A program made the translations under genes and the position numbers. Below the pieces are notes generated by a model. That model saw only the letters and a list, made by a program, of their open reading frames with translations, was not told where the DNA came from and did not search any database. A stretch of 60,192 bases of DNA, counting the filler. It is 5 parts of 5 records of this genome, joined end to end, with 100 filler letters (N's around TTAATTAATTAA, not from the genome) between each part and the next. Parts side by side here need not be neighbours in the genome. Positions count along the whole stretch, not along the records: positions 11,834 to 23,523 come from SRR31147125_27883; positions 23,624 to 41,381 come from SRR31147125_27935; 3 more parts are not named here. One strand, written 5' to 3'. Shown here piece by piece: positions 21,355-31,742 of the stretch (within the stretch, counting starts at the first letter, position 1; the number at the start of each line of letters is the position of its first letter).

Positions 21355-21719
21355 TATGCGCTTTCTCCTTCAACTTCTAGAGCTACCTCTTGATGATTTG
21401 TATACACGGCTGGTTTACCACTATTTCTATAAATTTCCGTTCTGTCATTATGTGTAACCTCAATTCTGGAACCAGGCTTAATAATTAATTCAGGTGCTAT
21501 AAATAACTTAACCACTTTAATTACTTTCGCTTGAACCTCTGTTGAATCTACTTGGTTAACTCCTTTAGATGACAGCTTACAGGCTATATCAATATGTACT
21601 GGTTCCCATTCTGCGCCTTCTTCTTTGCCGGTTACTTCATTCACTTTGCTTTCTAGCTCGTATATCGTACAAATATCTTGGTGTTGGCTATCTAATGCTT
21701 TTCTTATTGCGTTTACCAT
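21354..21719 (-). CDS. Head-tail adaptor/closure protein
   Basis: CKLS; KLFIAPE..IKPGS.IEVT; HQEV; gene order. Confidence 0.7.
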   Translation of the reverse strand: MVNAIRKALDSQHQDICTIYELESKVNEVTGKEEGAEWEPVHIDIACKLSSKGVNQVDSTEVQAKVIKVVKLFIAPELIIKPGSRIEVTHNDRTEIYRNSGKPAVYTNHQEVALEVEGESA

Positions 21720-22093
21720 CTTATTTTCCTAAACGAAATGAGCGTACTTTCATCTTTTAAAAATGCTATTAGCTCATCTAGTCGCTGCTCTGCTGTCTTG
21801 TCACCTTTTCCCAACGCCATGTCTACAGAGGTATCCCCCTCACTTATAGAGGAAACAGCAGCCTCGATATTAATTCCGATATCTCCGCCGCTGTTCTTTT
21901 TGGTTTCTATAAACTCACCGCACACTAAATCAATTGCTTTACTCCCTAGTTCAGCCGGAAGGCTTGCCAGATTGCAAGTATTGAGTATGTATTGATGCTT
22001 TGCCGTTGCTATGTAATTTAGTAAATTATCCTCAGTCTCGTAAGTTACTCCTAAAGTGGCTAGCCGTGCCTTTACAGTTTCAACAGAAATCAT
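21713..22093 (-). CDS. Head-tail connector protein
   Basis: ILNTCN..LPAEL; VSSISEGDTSV; FRKIRW; gene order. Confidence 0.72.
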   Translation of the reverse strand: MISVETVKARLATLGVTYETEDNLLNYIATAKHQYILNTCNLASLPAELGSKAIDLVCGEFIETKKNSGGDIGINIEAAVSSISEGDTSVDMALGKGDKTAEQRLDELIAFLKDESTLISFRKIRW

Positions 22094-22470
22094 TATTTAT
22101 TTTTCCCCGTTAACACATCTAAAAGACCTTTTTTGTCTTGTCCGCCATCTTGGCTTTCTCCCTGGTCGCCACCTTCAAGATCCTCAAGATTCTTAATCAA
22201 TTCGGTTAGTTCTTCAACGCTTTTACCTTTAGTGTCTTTGGCTTTTATGCCTAGTTCCTTAGCCCTGGTTTGCAACTGCGCTATTTTATTATCTGGGCTT
22301 GAGAACCCCTTCTCGCCTGGTGTGTCGCCGAAAGGCTTGTTTATGCTATATCCTTTCGCTTTAAACCAGGCTATAAGATGCTTATCATTAGTTTCCCCAA
22401 CCCCATTAGCAAAAGAAACACTGGCGGATATACCAGTGTACTTACTATTCGGTGAATATATTTTAGCCAT
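22093..22470 (-). CDS. Phage protein following the capsid gene, with possible HeH/Rho_N-like C-terminal helices
   Basis: IYSPN..YTG..V.F.NGVGET; LQTRAKELGI..K..EL. Confidence 0.6.
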   Translation of the reverse strand: MAKIYSPNSKYTGISASVSFANGVGETNDKHLIAWFKAKGYSINKPFGDTPGEKGFSSPDNKIAQLQTRAKELGIKAKDTKGKSVEELTELIKNLEDLEGGDQGESQDGGQDKKGLLDVLTGKNK

Positions 22471-22482
22471 TTAGTTATCTCC

Positions 22483-23439
22483 TTACTGCACCTTAATGCT
22501 ACGTAGTATGCCTGCTGCTTTTGTAGCTTTAAGCGCCACAGCTGCAACTATTTCTACTTCGCCCTTTTTAACTGCTCCGGCGGTTTTGAAATCAGGTAGC
22601 CATGTTTTTACAGGAGGGACACCCGCCATTGAGATACCATGAAAACCGGTCATGCCCAGCCTTGCAGCAAATAAAGAAGTTTCGCCTGTTCCCCCGTCTA
22701 TGCTAACAACTGGATCGTTTGATCCTGCTTTAGTCTTAAAGTCTACTAGAGGTATCACGCCATACTTTTCTACTTGTTGCCCAAAATCATTTTTAGTAAC
22801 AGTGTGCAGTCCTGCCCGTCTTGCACAGGCTCTTATTTTTGCAATCAGCTTCGTATTGCCTCCGATAAATGAGGGCGTGCCATCTAATCCCATTAGAAAT
22901 TCGTCCAATACATCTAAAAACGCCGCCCAGTTAGTATCCAATAAGGCGGAGGTTGATACGTCTATAGCTGCCGACGGAATAAACTCCGTAGAGGATCCGG
23001 TAATGGCTTTTTCTAGTCCATCAAAAGCACTTATATCCGTACCGCTGTCCCCATTAATAACCGTGTCGTTAAAAAGTGCTGCCGCCGCTTTAATTTTTTG
23101 CTTCATTTGTAATTCGGTTTCGCTTACAATTCCTCCAAAACCATCTATTATTCTATCAATTTCAAAAGAACCACCGAATATTTTTAAATCTGCGTTAAAG
23201 CGTTCTTTTTCAACCGTTCCAGGCGTATACTCAGAGTTTACTTCCCTGAATGCTGCTGTCGGTTGTGTTTTCAATCGTGTATACCCATAGGTCATAGTCG
23301 CCCCGGCGCCTACAGGTGAGATAACATCATGAAATTCTAGGTTATTAAATAAAAAGCTTGATTTTGCAAACTCGTCTATTACCCCTTTTTGTAAATCGTC
23401 TTGTACATTTTTACTAGCTTCTGCTAATGTAACAGCCAT
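22483..23439 (-). CDS. Major capsid protein (HK97 fold; resembles the epsilon15 gp7/BPP-1 type)
   Basis: 318 aa; AAFREVN; LKIFGGSFEIDR; INGD..FDGL; strong RBS; position after scaffold. Confidence 0.85.
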   Translation of the reverse strand: MAVTLAEASKNVQDDLQKGVIDEFAKSSFLFNNLEFHDVISPVGAGATMTYGYTRLKTQPTAAFREVNSEYTPGTVEKERFNADLKIFGGSFEIDRIIDGFGGIVSETELQMKQKIKAAAALFNDTVINGDSGTDISAFDGLEKAITGSSTEFIPSAAIDVSTSALLDTNWAAFLDVLDEFLMGLDGTPSFIGGNTKLIAKIRACARRAGLHTVTKNDFGQQVEKYGVIPLVDFKTKAGSNDPVVSIDGGTGETSLFAARLGMTGFHGISMAGVPPVKTWLPDFKTAGAVKKGEVEIVAAVALKATKAAGILRSIKVQ

Positions 23440-23441
23440 TG

Positions 23442-23522
23442 CTATTCTCCTTTACTCTCTTTATAGTGATTGTGTATCGCATCACCAAGGCTGGATGCTG
23501 TAACCTTATCGCCCCCCGGTGG
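23442..23522 (-). CDS. C-terminus of a probable capsid scaffold protein (truncated)
   Basis: PPGGDKVTASSLGDAIHNHYKESKGE* immediately upstream of the capsid gene. Confidence 0.5.
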   Translation of the reverse strand, partial: PPGGDKVTASSLGDAIHNHYKESKGE

Positions 23523-23523
23523 T

Positions 23524-23623
23524 NNNNNNNNNNNNNNNNNNNNNNNNNNNNNNNNNNNNNNNNNNNNTTAATTAATTAANNNNNNNNNNNNNNNNNNNNN
23601 NNNNNNNNNNNNNNNNNNNNNNN
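23524..23623. other. Artificial contig spacer
   Basis: 44 N + TTAATTAATTAA + 44 N. Confidence 0.98.
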
Positions 23624-23995
23624 AAAGCATTCTCATACTGGCGAGCATAATCATGACATCTCGTCCAATGACACTGAGGACATACCAGTATGGAAGCCCT
23701 TTATATGCTGCCAGGTAGAGCATTATGGTGCCAACATTTATTTTATCGACTACAGGATCGAGAATTTTCCTAACTGAGTGTTTTGGTTTAGTTTCCGAGC
23801 AAAATATCCGTCAAAATAATCCGTCATTCCGGATAAAACGCAGAGAAAAAACGCTATTAGATCCGCACGCTGAGTTCCTTTGGTCAGGAAATAGGCGATA
23901 AAGGGTAAAATTACCAGTCGAGAGAGTGTCAACAAGTTGGCAACACCAAAATAGTGTTGGTCTTCTTTGAGTAGCTTTGTTAAGCCAGATTTCAT
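23624..23995 (-). CDS. CDP-alcohol phosphatidyltransferase (PgsA-like); frameshift at 23765-23768; truncated
   Basis: ANLLTLSR; TDYFDGYFARK; restoring one A gives GKILDPVVDK, completing the DxxDGxxAR..G..LDxxxD motif. Confidence 0.85.
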
Positions 23996-24004
23996 TCAAT
24001 TCAC

Positions 24005-25174
24005 CTATGTGAAAACTTTAATAGCATCTAAAATCAGAGTTGGTTTACTAATGAGCGCTTTTTTGAAAACGGTTAAAACGCTCAATTTGTCTTCAGGCGT
24101 TCCCTCTAACATTTGGGCAATTTTTTCAAATTCCTGATCTGTCAGATTGTATACATAATCCTTAAGTTTATAAAAGAGTTTATGTTTCTTACCCTCAGAT
24201 TTGTTCCAGAGATCAATATATTTAGATAGTCTTTTTGCGGACACATTGTTTTCGGCAATCGCTTTTCCAGCCACCTGGCCTGCGAGTTTACCTGCTATCA
24301 TGGCATTGACAATACCACCACCGGTTAAAGGATTTACCTGATGTGCCGCATCGCCTGCCAGCATAAGTCCATCACTTACTATCTGCTTTAAGGGCATGGT
24401 ACTGGGGACACCACCCATCACTGTGGTCAGGATTGCGGCGTTTGGAAAGTTTTTATTTAAAAATTGATACAGATACTCTGTAACGGGTTTGTGTTTTGAA
24501 AATTCGCCAGAAATTCCCAAACCAACATTAGCCAGGCCGTTACCTTTTGGGAAAATCCATAAATAGCCAGCCGGAGCGACATCCTGGCCAAAATAGAGGT
24601 GAATATAATCATCAGGTACATCGATATTGCTGGCAGTGACTTGAACGCACGATTCCATTTCTGTTATCGCTGTCCTGGTTAAAAGACCGGCCCAACGGCC
24701 AACACGAGATTCAATTCCATCTGTTCCGATGACGAGTTTGGCTTCAATGTCATAATTTTTTCCCAGATGGTTAACCGAGACACCGGCAATATGGCCGTTA
24801 TTATGGATAAGATTATGGACGTATGCTTTGGTCATCACATCTGCACCCTCATCAGCTGCCATTCGTGCCAAATCATAGTCAAATATTTTTCTGTTTAATA
24901 CATAGCCAACGGCATCGTTTTTGGTTGCCACTATTCGTCCGGACGGGGAATGGAACATAGCACCGCTAATCGTTTTAGCAATCCATTTTGGATTAACGTC
25001 GATAACATAAGCTAAACCAACAGAACCAACACCCTCAGCGCATCGGACCGGGATGCCGATTTCTCTGTCTTTTTCGAGCAAAAGCACGGATGCGCCTTCT
25101 TTTGCGGCATGAAGTGCTGCAAGAGAACCAGCAGGTCCTGCGCCGACAACAACGATATCATATCTGTTTTTCAT
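24005..25174 (-). CDS. Geranylgeranyl reductase family FAD oxidoreductase (DGGGPL reductase-like)
   Basis: GAGPAG; VRCAEG; PAGYLWIFPKG (PxxYxWxFP); GDAAHQVNPLTGGGI. Confidence 0.88.
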   Translation of the reverse strand: MKNRYDIVVVGAGPAGSLAALHAAKEGASVLLLEKDREIGIPVRCAEGVGSVGLAYVIDVNPKWIAKTISGAMFHSPSGRIVATKNDAVGYVLNRKIFDYDLARMAADEGADVMTKAYVHNLIHNNGHIAGVSVNHLGKNYDIEAKLVIGTDGIESRVGRWAGLLTRTAITEMESCVQVTASNIDVPDDYIHLYFGQDVAPAGYLWIFPKGNGLANVGLGISGEFSKHKPVTEYLYQFLNKNFPNAAILTTVMGGVPSTMPLKQIVSDGLMLAGDAAHQVNPLTGGGIVNAMIAGKLAGQVAGKAIAENNVSAKRLSKYIDLWNKSEGKKHKLFYKLKDYVYNLTDQEFEKIAQMLEGTPEDKLSVLTVFKKALISKPTLILDAIKVFT

Positions 25175-25349
25175 TGTTTCCTTTCAAGGCTTTCACAGGA
25201 CAAATGTGAACACAGTTTAGACACAATGTACACTTTTCAGTAACGATTTCCAAATCCGATTCTGAAAGTTCAATTGCATCATGCGGACAAACAGCAACAC
25301 ATGTACCACAAAAATCACAAAGAGCTCTCGTATATTCAATTCTCAACAT
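25158..25349 (-). CDS. 2[4Fe-4S] ferredoxin
   Basis: CDFCGTCVAVCP and CTLCLNCVHICP; overlaps the GGR start. Confidence 0.9.
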   Translation of the reverse strand: MLRIEYTRALCDFCGTCVAVCPHDAIELSESDLEIVTEKCTLCLNCVHICPVKALKGNNEKQI

Positions 25350-25571
25350 ATCTTTTCACCATAATTAGAAATATGATTCGTTATCAGGATTTTCATTGAA
25401 ATCGATATCATTATTACCGAATCGAGGGATATCCGGAATGTCACAGATGATATTTCCCAGACTGACATCCCTGCTTTGCTGTATATGTATCAGACAAAAA
25501 TAAATTTCTTTTATTTCGCCCCGGTAAAGCTCGCTTTTATTAAAGCTGAATGATCTAGAAAAGTATGGTTT

Positions 25572-26998
25572 TTAATCTTCCTCTTCGTGCTGAAATTTAC
25601 CAATATTTTCCTCGATCGGTATTGGATATTTTGCCGTGAAACAGGCTGTGCAATAACCATTGTCCTGACTCACCGATTTTAAAAGTCCTTCTACGGAGAG
25701 ATAGGCGAGACTATCACAACCCAGATATTCTTTAATCTCATCAACTGTCATATTATTGGCAATAAGTTCTTCTTTACTCGGGAAATCCATACCATAATAA
25801 CAAGGAGATATGATAGGCGGGGAACTAACACGTACATGAACCTCTTTAGCTCCTGCCTGGCGAATAAGAACTACCAATTGCCGCAAGGTGGTTCCCCGTA
25901 CAATCGAGTCTTCAACGACGACTACCCGGCGACCATCAAGCACACCTTTGACGGTATTAAATTTAACCCGTACACCAAAATCCCGCATGTTTTGTTGCGG
26001 ATTGATAAACGTCCTGCCAACATAATGATTTCTGATCAAACCTAATTCGAATTTCGTATTTGTTCTTCTTGAATATCCAACGGCAGCAGTATTACTGGAG
26101 TCCGGTACGGAGATAACAATATCTGCATCTACACCGCTTTCGAGAGCTAATGTTTTACCTAGTTTTCGTCTGACTTTGTCGACATTTTCATCAAATATTC
26201 TGCTGTCCGGTCGGGCAAAATAGATGTATTCAAAAATACAAGAATGTTTTTTCGCGGAATCGGCAAAAGTAAAGCTTTTAATGCCTTTTTCACTGATTTC
26301 AATGAGCTCTCCGGGTTTGACATCCCGAACGATATTCGCACGAACAAGGTCCAGAGCACATGTTTCTGAAACAACATAATAAACGCCGTCTTTTTCACCA
26401 ATACAGAGGGGGCGCACGCCATGCCGGTCACGGGCTGCATAGATACGATCATTTGTCATCATGATAAGAGAAAAGGCACCCTGCAGTTTTTCCAAAGCCT
26501 GAACCAGTTTCTCGGCCATGGTGGTTTTTTTGATCGTGCGACGAGATGAGCAACGACTTCGGTATCTGTTGTTGTTTGAAAAAGGGAACCTTTTTCTTCC
26601 AGTTGATATCGTAATAATCCGGAATTCGTGAAATTCCCATTGTGACTAATAGCTAAATGTCCATTTTTGCTGGCAACCAGAAGTGGTTGGGCATTGATTA
26701 AATGGGTTGAACCTGTAGTGGAATATCGATTATGGCCAATAGCTAGATGACCATCAAGATAGTTGAATTTTTCCGGATCTGAAAACACATCAGCCACAAG
26801 ACCTTGTCCAACGTGGCGATAAACATGTTGCCCGTTACTACTGACGATTCCAGCACTTTCCTGGCCGCGATGTTGAAGAGCATATAAAGCTAAATAAACA
26901 AGTCTTGAGGCTTCCGGCGTGCCAAAAACGGCAGCCACACCACAATTTGATTCTGGTTTGTCGATAATATTTTTGTTCTTTGTATCCATATCTTTCAA
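25572..26998 (-). CDS. purF: Amidophosphoribosyltransferase; split at the T7 run 26525-26531
   Basis: Propeptide then CG; LQHRGQESAG; CIFEYIYFARPDS; EDSIVRGTT; PCYYGMD. Confidence 0.95.
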
Positions 26999-27014
26999 AA
27001 CATCATATTAATGG

Positions 27015-27398
27015 TTATGTTCCAACACTTATTATAAATATACCAAGGCCAACGCCCAGTATGTCTGCTAAAATATCTTTAAAACTTGATTTTCCGTTTT
27101 CATGGAAGTGATCGGCAATTTCTTTTGAAATGCCAAGAGAAAATGAAAATCCAGCCGCAATATATTTTGATGATTTTTCTGAACTTTTTAATTCCTCATT
27201 TGCCAGGTAATAGCCTATACCTGTTAAAAAAGCACTTGTTATAAAATGATCTGCCTTGTCTTTGCCAAACCAGGAATCTGATTGAAAAAGATGTTTCTTT
27301 GACAATGTTAAAGAGTCTGTTTTGGCCAGGGAGTTATCACCTGGATATAGTGGAATTGAAAAAGAACATAAAAAGAAAAAGGATAGTAAAAAACGCAT
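27015..27398 (-). CDS. YfiM/DUF2279-like membrane protein
   Basis: DSWFGKDKADHF; KE..D; SFKDILAD. Confidence 0.65.
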   Translation of the reverse strand: MRFLLSFFFLCSFSIPLYPGDNSLAKTDSLTLSKKHLFQSDSWFGKDKADHFITSAFLTGIGYYLANEELKSSEKSSKYIAAGFSFSLGISKEIADHFHENGKSSFKDILADILGVGLGIFIISVGT

Positions 27399-27399
27399 T

Positions 27400-27944
27400 T
27401 TACAATCCCAGGTCACTGCTAATTTTTTTCATAGCGTCCAGGGCGATTTCGATAAATGACTCGAGAGTCAAACCCAGGTCCTCACAGGATTTTATTTGAT
27501 CCCTATCCGCGCCTCGAGCAAAGCTTTTTCTTTAAATCGACGAAGACAAAAGTCCACATCCAGAGCATTCAACTTTTTATCCGGATGCATAAGCGCAGCT
27601 GCAACAATAAGACCTGTGATGGGATCTGCAGCGTAAATGGCCTTATCCAGCAGGCTGATTCTCGGAGCCAGATTATTATGACATTTGATGGCATGAATGA
27701 TATGAGGAGGCAGATTATAATCTTTTAACAAATCCTCAGTAACCAGTGTATGGTTTTCCGGCGTGTTGACAGTTTCTTCATAATCAAGATCATGTAATAA
27801 TCCAACCAACCCCCACTCTTCAGAGGATTGGCTAAAAAAATCAGCTAATTCACGCATGACCGCTTCAACAGCCAAAACATGTTTGAAAAGGTTTTTATTT
27901 TTAAACCGTGGTTTTGCTAGGTTATAAGCCTCCAGTCGAGTCAT
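27400..27944 (-). CDS. HD-domain (HDIG-type) metal-dependent hydrolase; frameshift near 27520-27522
   Basis: KHVLAVEAVM; GLLHDLDYE; the restored C-terminus reads FARGADRDQIKSCEDLG. Confidence 0.85.
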
Positions 27945-28030
27945 CAGGAATGCCTTTCAAATGAATATTAATTAATCCTGATAGAAATTAAAATACCATC
28001 AATGTTGATATTTATATGTAATCCATGCAA

Positions 28031-29404
28031 TTAGAAATAATTACCAGTAATAATAATATAAACAAAAATTAGCAGAATAGCAAATGGACATAAATAATGG
28101 ATTAAAAAAGACCATAACGTTTTAAAGTAAAAAATATTTCCTTCTTTTTCGATTTCCCGGATCGCATTTTTAATTCCCCATTTATATACTATAAATAGAG
28201 CAATCATGAGGCTGCCGATAGTCAGGAAGTAATTTCCTAAAACGATGTTGGCCATATCTAAAAAGCCAATTCCTATGACGGGTAATTTGGATAGCCAATC
28301 CACGCCACCAAAGGACAGGGCAGAAGGAATACCCAAAATGCAGGCCAGACCTGCCATTAAAAAGACGGCTTTTTTTCTCTTCCACTTAAATTCGTCAACC
28401 AGATAAGCTGTGGCGACTTCTAAAAGTGAGATCGTGGACGTAAGTGCTGCGACAGTCAGGAGCAAGAAAAAGCCTGCTCCAAAAAAGTAACCGCCTGGCA
28501 TTTTTGCGAATATGGTAGGCAGGACGATGAAAACCAACCCTGGTCCACCGGCCGGATCCAAATTCATTGCAAAAAGAGCCGGGAATATCATAATACCTGA
28601 AATAATAGCAATCATGGTATCAAAGAGACATACATAGCCTGCTGAAATGACGACATTATCTTTTTTGGATATATAGCTTCCATAGGTGATCATGGCACCC
28701 ATACCGAGGCTCAGAGAAAAAAGCGCCTGACCAAGAGCTTTTCCGATTGTGCCAGCTCCAATTCTGGAAAAATCCGGATTCAGGTAAAATGATAAACCGG
28801 CAGAAGCACCTGGAAGGGTTATGGATCGTATAGATAAAAGCACTAAAAGTATTAACAGAATTGGCATGAGGATTTTTGACCAACGTTCAATGCCGCTTGA
28901 TACACCGCCCATGACTACTAGTGATGAGAGTAAAATAAAAAGGAATAAAAGGAAAACAGCCAGTGTGGGATCACTGACAAAATTGGTAAAAATGATTTCA
29001 GATTGCGCTGGCGAGGTCATCTGTGTGAAGGAACCTGCGAGGGTTTTAATGAAATACCCCAATGTCCATCCGGCAATGACAGAATAATAGGATAAAATTC
29101 CGATACCTGTCAGAACACCCAGAATACCGATAATTGGCCAAATAGATTTTGGTGCCAGTTTGATAAAAGCTCCTACCGGATTTCGTTCAGTAGCCCGGCC
29201 GATTGAGATTTCAGCGATCATCACTGGAGCACCAATTAATATAACAAACATAAAGTACAGCAGAACAAATGCAGCACCACCGCTTTCTCCGGTTACATAG
29301 GGAAATCTCCAAATGTTACCTAAGCCTATAGCAGAGCCGGCTGCCGCGAGTACAAAGCCCATTCTCGATCCCCAGCCACCGCGTTCTGTTTTCCCTGTTT
29401 TCAC
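28031..29404 (-). CDS. Sodium-dependent transporter, NSS/SNF (LeuT-like) family
   Basis: GSAIGLGNIWRFPY; GQALFSLSLGMG; GPGLVF. Confidence 0.93.
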   Translation of the reverse strand: MKTGKTERGGWGSRMGFVLAAAGSAIGLGNIWRFPYVTGESGGAAFVLLYFMFVILIGAPVMIAEISIGRATERNPVGAFIKLAPKSIWPIIGILGVLTGIGILSYYSVIAGWTLGYFIKTLAGSFTQMTSPAQSEIIFTNFVSDPTLAVFLLFLFILLSSLVVMGGVSSGIERWSKILMPILLILLVLLSIRSITLPGASAGLSFYLNPDFSRIGAGTIGKALGQALFSLSLGMGAMITYGSYISKKDNVVISAGYVCLFDTMIAIISGIMIFPALFAMNLDPAGGPGLVFIVLPTIFAKMPGGYFFGAGFFLLLTVAALTSTISLLEVATAYLVDEFKWKRKKAVFLMAGLACILGIPSALSFGGVDWLSKLPVIGIGFLDMANIVLGNYFLTIGSLMIALFIVYKWGIKNAIREIEKEGNIFYFKTLWSFLIHYLCPFAILLIFVYIIITGNYF

Positions 29405-29502
29405 TCAATCCTCCGGTTTATTGATTCCTGTTTCTTAACTTAAAATGGGTAGAATTTGCTAATTATAAATTTGTTAAAAGGGTTGATTAACAACACAACA
29501 AT

Positions 29503-30036
29503 TTAAAAGTCATATTTTAAGGAGAATGCCAGCGTTGATTGGGGTTCTGACCACTGTTTTTTTGGCAAAATATCCAGTGTCAGGCTGAGGTTTGGATCCT
29601 CATCGAATTTGTACAGATGAGCGTCTACATACGCATCAACCATGCTGTACAATATTGTGGCCGCAAGCCACCAGAACGAGAGATTGCGATTGTCTTTGTA
29701 AAACTCTTTTTCCAGTAAATCATCTGCCTTGACGGCTAACTGGTTTTGAATGATAGCGTTTGTTACCAAACCGACTTCCGTGCCTGCAATAATGATCATT
29801 TTGAACCATTTTTCGTTATACAGTTGCCCCCAACCAGGCAGAGCAAGAGAACGGAGCATAGCTCCTCTGGGAGATTTAATAAGAGTTTTGCTATTATTTA
29901 AAGAATCAACAAATGCGTTTCCGTTTTCCTGTTGACTTGTTGTTGTATCAGGCAAAGATTGAGCTGGCAAATATGCAAAATTGAGAAGGAAAAATAGTGA
30001 CAGGCCTGAAAATATGTGCGCGAATTTTGAAATCAT
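29503..30036 (-). CDS. DUF5683-like membrane protein
   Basis: SP..A..SL.LPGWGQLYN; DAYVDAHL. Confidence 0.7.
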   Translation of the reverse strand: MISKFAHIFSGLSLFFLLNFAYLPAQSLPDTTTSQQENGNAFVDSLNNSKTLIKSPRGAMLRSLALPGWGQLYNEKWFKMIIIAGTEVGLVTNAIIQNQLAVKADDLLEKEFYKDNRNLSFWWLAATILYSMVDAYVDAHLYKFDEDPNLSLTLDILPKKQWSEPQSTLAFSLKYDF

Positions 30037-30037
30037 A

Positions 30038-30430
30038 TTACTTCTTTTTAATAATAGCGATAGCCTCTATTTCAACCAGACCATCTTTGGGTAAACGAGC
30101 GACTTGTACGGCGGAACGGGCAGGAGGATTCTCATCGAAATAGGATGCAAAAACATCATTTACAATAGCGAAATCGTCCAGGTTTTGCAAAAAAACAGTT
30201 GTTTTTACCACATTTTGCATGTTTGTTCCGGCTTTTTGAATAATAGCTTTAATATTCTCCAGTGCTTGTTTTGTTTGGTTTTTTATGCCCCCGGGAACAA
30301 AGTCACCGGTTTTGGGATCCAGGCCGAGCTGGCCGGCTGTAAAAACAAGTTCACCTGCCTCAATAGCTATCGCCTGGCTGTATGGGCCAATAGCGCCCGG
30401 GGCCAGGTCCGTTTCAATTATTTTCTTCAT
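30038..30430 (-). CDS. ridA: RidA/YjgF-family enamine deaminase
   Basis: [35 protein letters not shown]. Confidence 0.92.
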   Translation of the reverse strand: MKKIIETDLAPGAIGPYSQAIAIEAGELVFTAGQLGLDPKTGDFVPGGIKNQTKQALENIKAIIQKAGTNMQNVVKTTVFLQNLDDFAIVNDVFASYFDENPPARSAVQVARLPKDGLVEIEAIAIIKKK

Positions 30431-31742
30431 GGGTATCACCTTTTAAATGTGTGCGGGAATAATAAAGCAAGAATATATCTCGTAATTTTTTTTGATTTTT
30501 ATCCGGTTCACTTGTGTTCATGACTTTTAGTAATTCGCCGACATCATGTTTTAAGAAATAATCAAGATCTGTTTTTTTGATTTGTCCCTTATTTTCATCT
30601 TCAAGAATAAGAATGAGTTTATCTAATTTGATTTTCTTGAAAGCAGCCACAATAAATTCATCGAAATGAGATCCGGATTTTTCGATCAGGATTTTCATGA
30701 CTTGCTGAAAATTCATTCGATCACGGTAATGCCGTTTTGACGTCAAAGCGTCAAAAACATCCACCACAGCTAAGATCTTGCCCAGGTGAGGAATCTGGTC
30801 ATCAATCAAACCACCAGGATAACCGGAGCCATCTATTTTTTCATGATGAGAAGCAGCAATAAGAGGGACATCCCGAAATTCACGGGAAAAATTTATTTTT
30901 TCAAGGATGTTTTTGGTATACCAGGGGTGGCTTTTGATATGTTCAAATTCTTCGGTGCTCAAACGGCCATCTTTTGTGAGGATCGCTTCACGCACAGCAA
31001 TTTTACCATAGTCATGCAAAAGGGCTGCCATACGTAATTTTTCACGATCCTGTGATGATAAATTCAGGATTTTGGAGATCTCGTCCGCATAAAGGGAGAT
31101 CCTTTTGGAATGACCAGCTGTCATAGGATCCCGTGCATCGATGGTGCTGGCAAGCGTTTCAATAAAACTGTCAAACGTCTTTTTTTGATCGGCATATAAC
31201 TGAGCATTTTCAATTTGCGCCGCCGCAATAACCGAGATGGCATCCAGTAATTCTTCATCATCTCTTGAAAAGGAGCTACCAAATTTATTAAGTGATTGGA
31301 AAACGCCAATTATGTCGCCAAGATTATTACGCATGGGGGTGGCGAGAATACTTCTTGTTCGGTAGCCGGTTTTTTTGTCAATATTTCGATTAAACCTGTC
31401 ATCCATATAGGCATCTGGAATATTTAACACATCACCGGTTGAGGCAACGTGGCCGGCAATCCCCATATGGCTTGGAAAACGAATTTCTTTTTCGCCATGA
31501 GCGACCCGCGACCATAATTCTGATTTATCCTTATCCAGCATAAAAACCGTACAACGATCGCAGTTTAACACATTTATGACTTCGTCCATAATGAGCATGA
31601 GAAGTCGGTCAAGTTGGAGCTCACGGGCTATGTTACGAGTGACATTTAAAAGTAATTTTAATCTTTCGTGTTCCCGGCGATAATGATCTACGTCATGAGA
31701 GTGTAAATTATTTGCTGGTTGCCCTGATTCCATCTCACTCAT
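30414..31742 (-). CDS. GAF + HD-GYP c-di-GMP phosphodiesterase
   Basis: GAF ([18 protein letters not shown]); [17 protein letters not shown]. Confidence 0.9.
   Translation of the reverse strand: MSEMESGQPANNLHSHDVDHYRREHERLKLLLNVTRNIARELQLDRLLMLIMDEVINVLNCDRCTVFMLDKDKSELWSRVAHGEKEIRFPSHMGIAGHVASTGDVLNIPDAYMDDRFNRNIDKKTGYRTRSILATPMRNNLGDIIGVFQSLNKFGSSFSRDDEELLDAISVIAAAQIENAQLYADQKKTFDSFIETLASTIDARDPMTAGHSKRISLYADEISKILNLSSQDREKLRMAALLHDYGKIAVREAILTKDGRLSTEEFEHIKSHPWYTKNILEKINFSREFRDVPLIAASHHEKIDGSGYPGGLIDDQIPHLGKILAVVDVFDALTSKRHYRDRMNFQQVMKILIEKSGSHFDEFIVAAFKKIKLDKLILILEDENKGQIKKTDLDYFLKHDVGELLKVMNTSEPDKNQKKLRDIFLLYYSRTHLKGDTHEENN

Larger units (their letters stand above)
11834..23523 (-). 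mobile_element. Phage/prophage structural module (capsid, neck, contractile tail, baseplate), Firmicutes PBSX Xkd-like
   Basis: Co-oriented genes in canonical order: scaffold, capsid, connectors, sheath, tube, chaperone, tape measure, LysM, hub, baseplate, fibre. Confidence 0.95.

Noticed and set aside
16313-23290. Long plus-strand ORFs (16313-16993, 17306-17947, 22652-23290)
   Set aside because: Antisense shadows of the tape measure and capsid genes
11834-23523. Tailocin or extracellular contractile injection system
   Set aside because: Capsid, scaffold and head-tail connector genes are present, so this is a phage module
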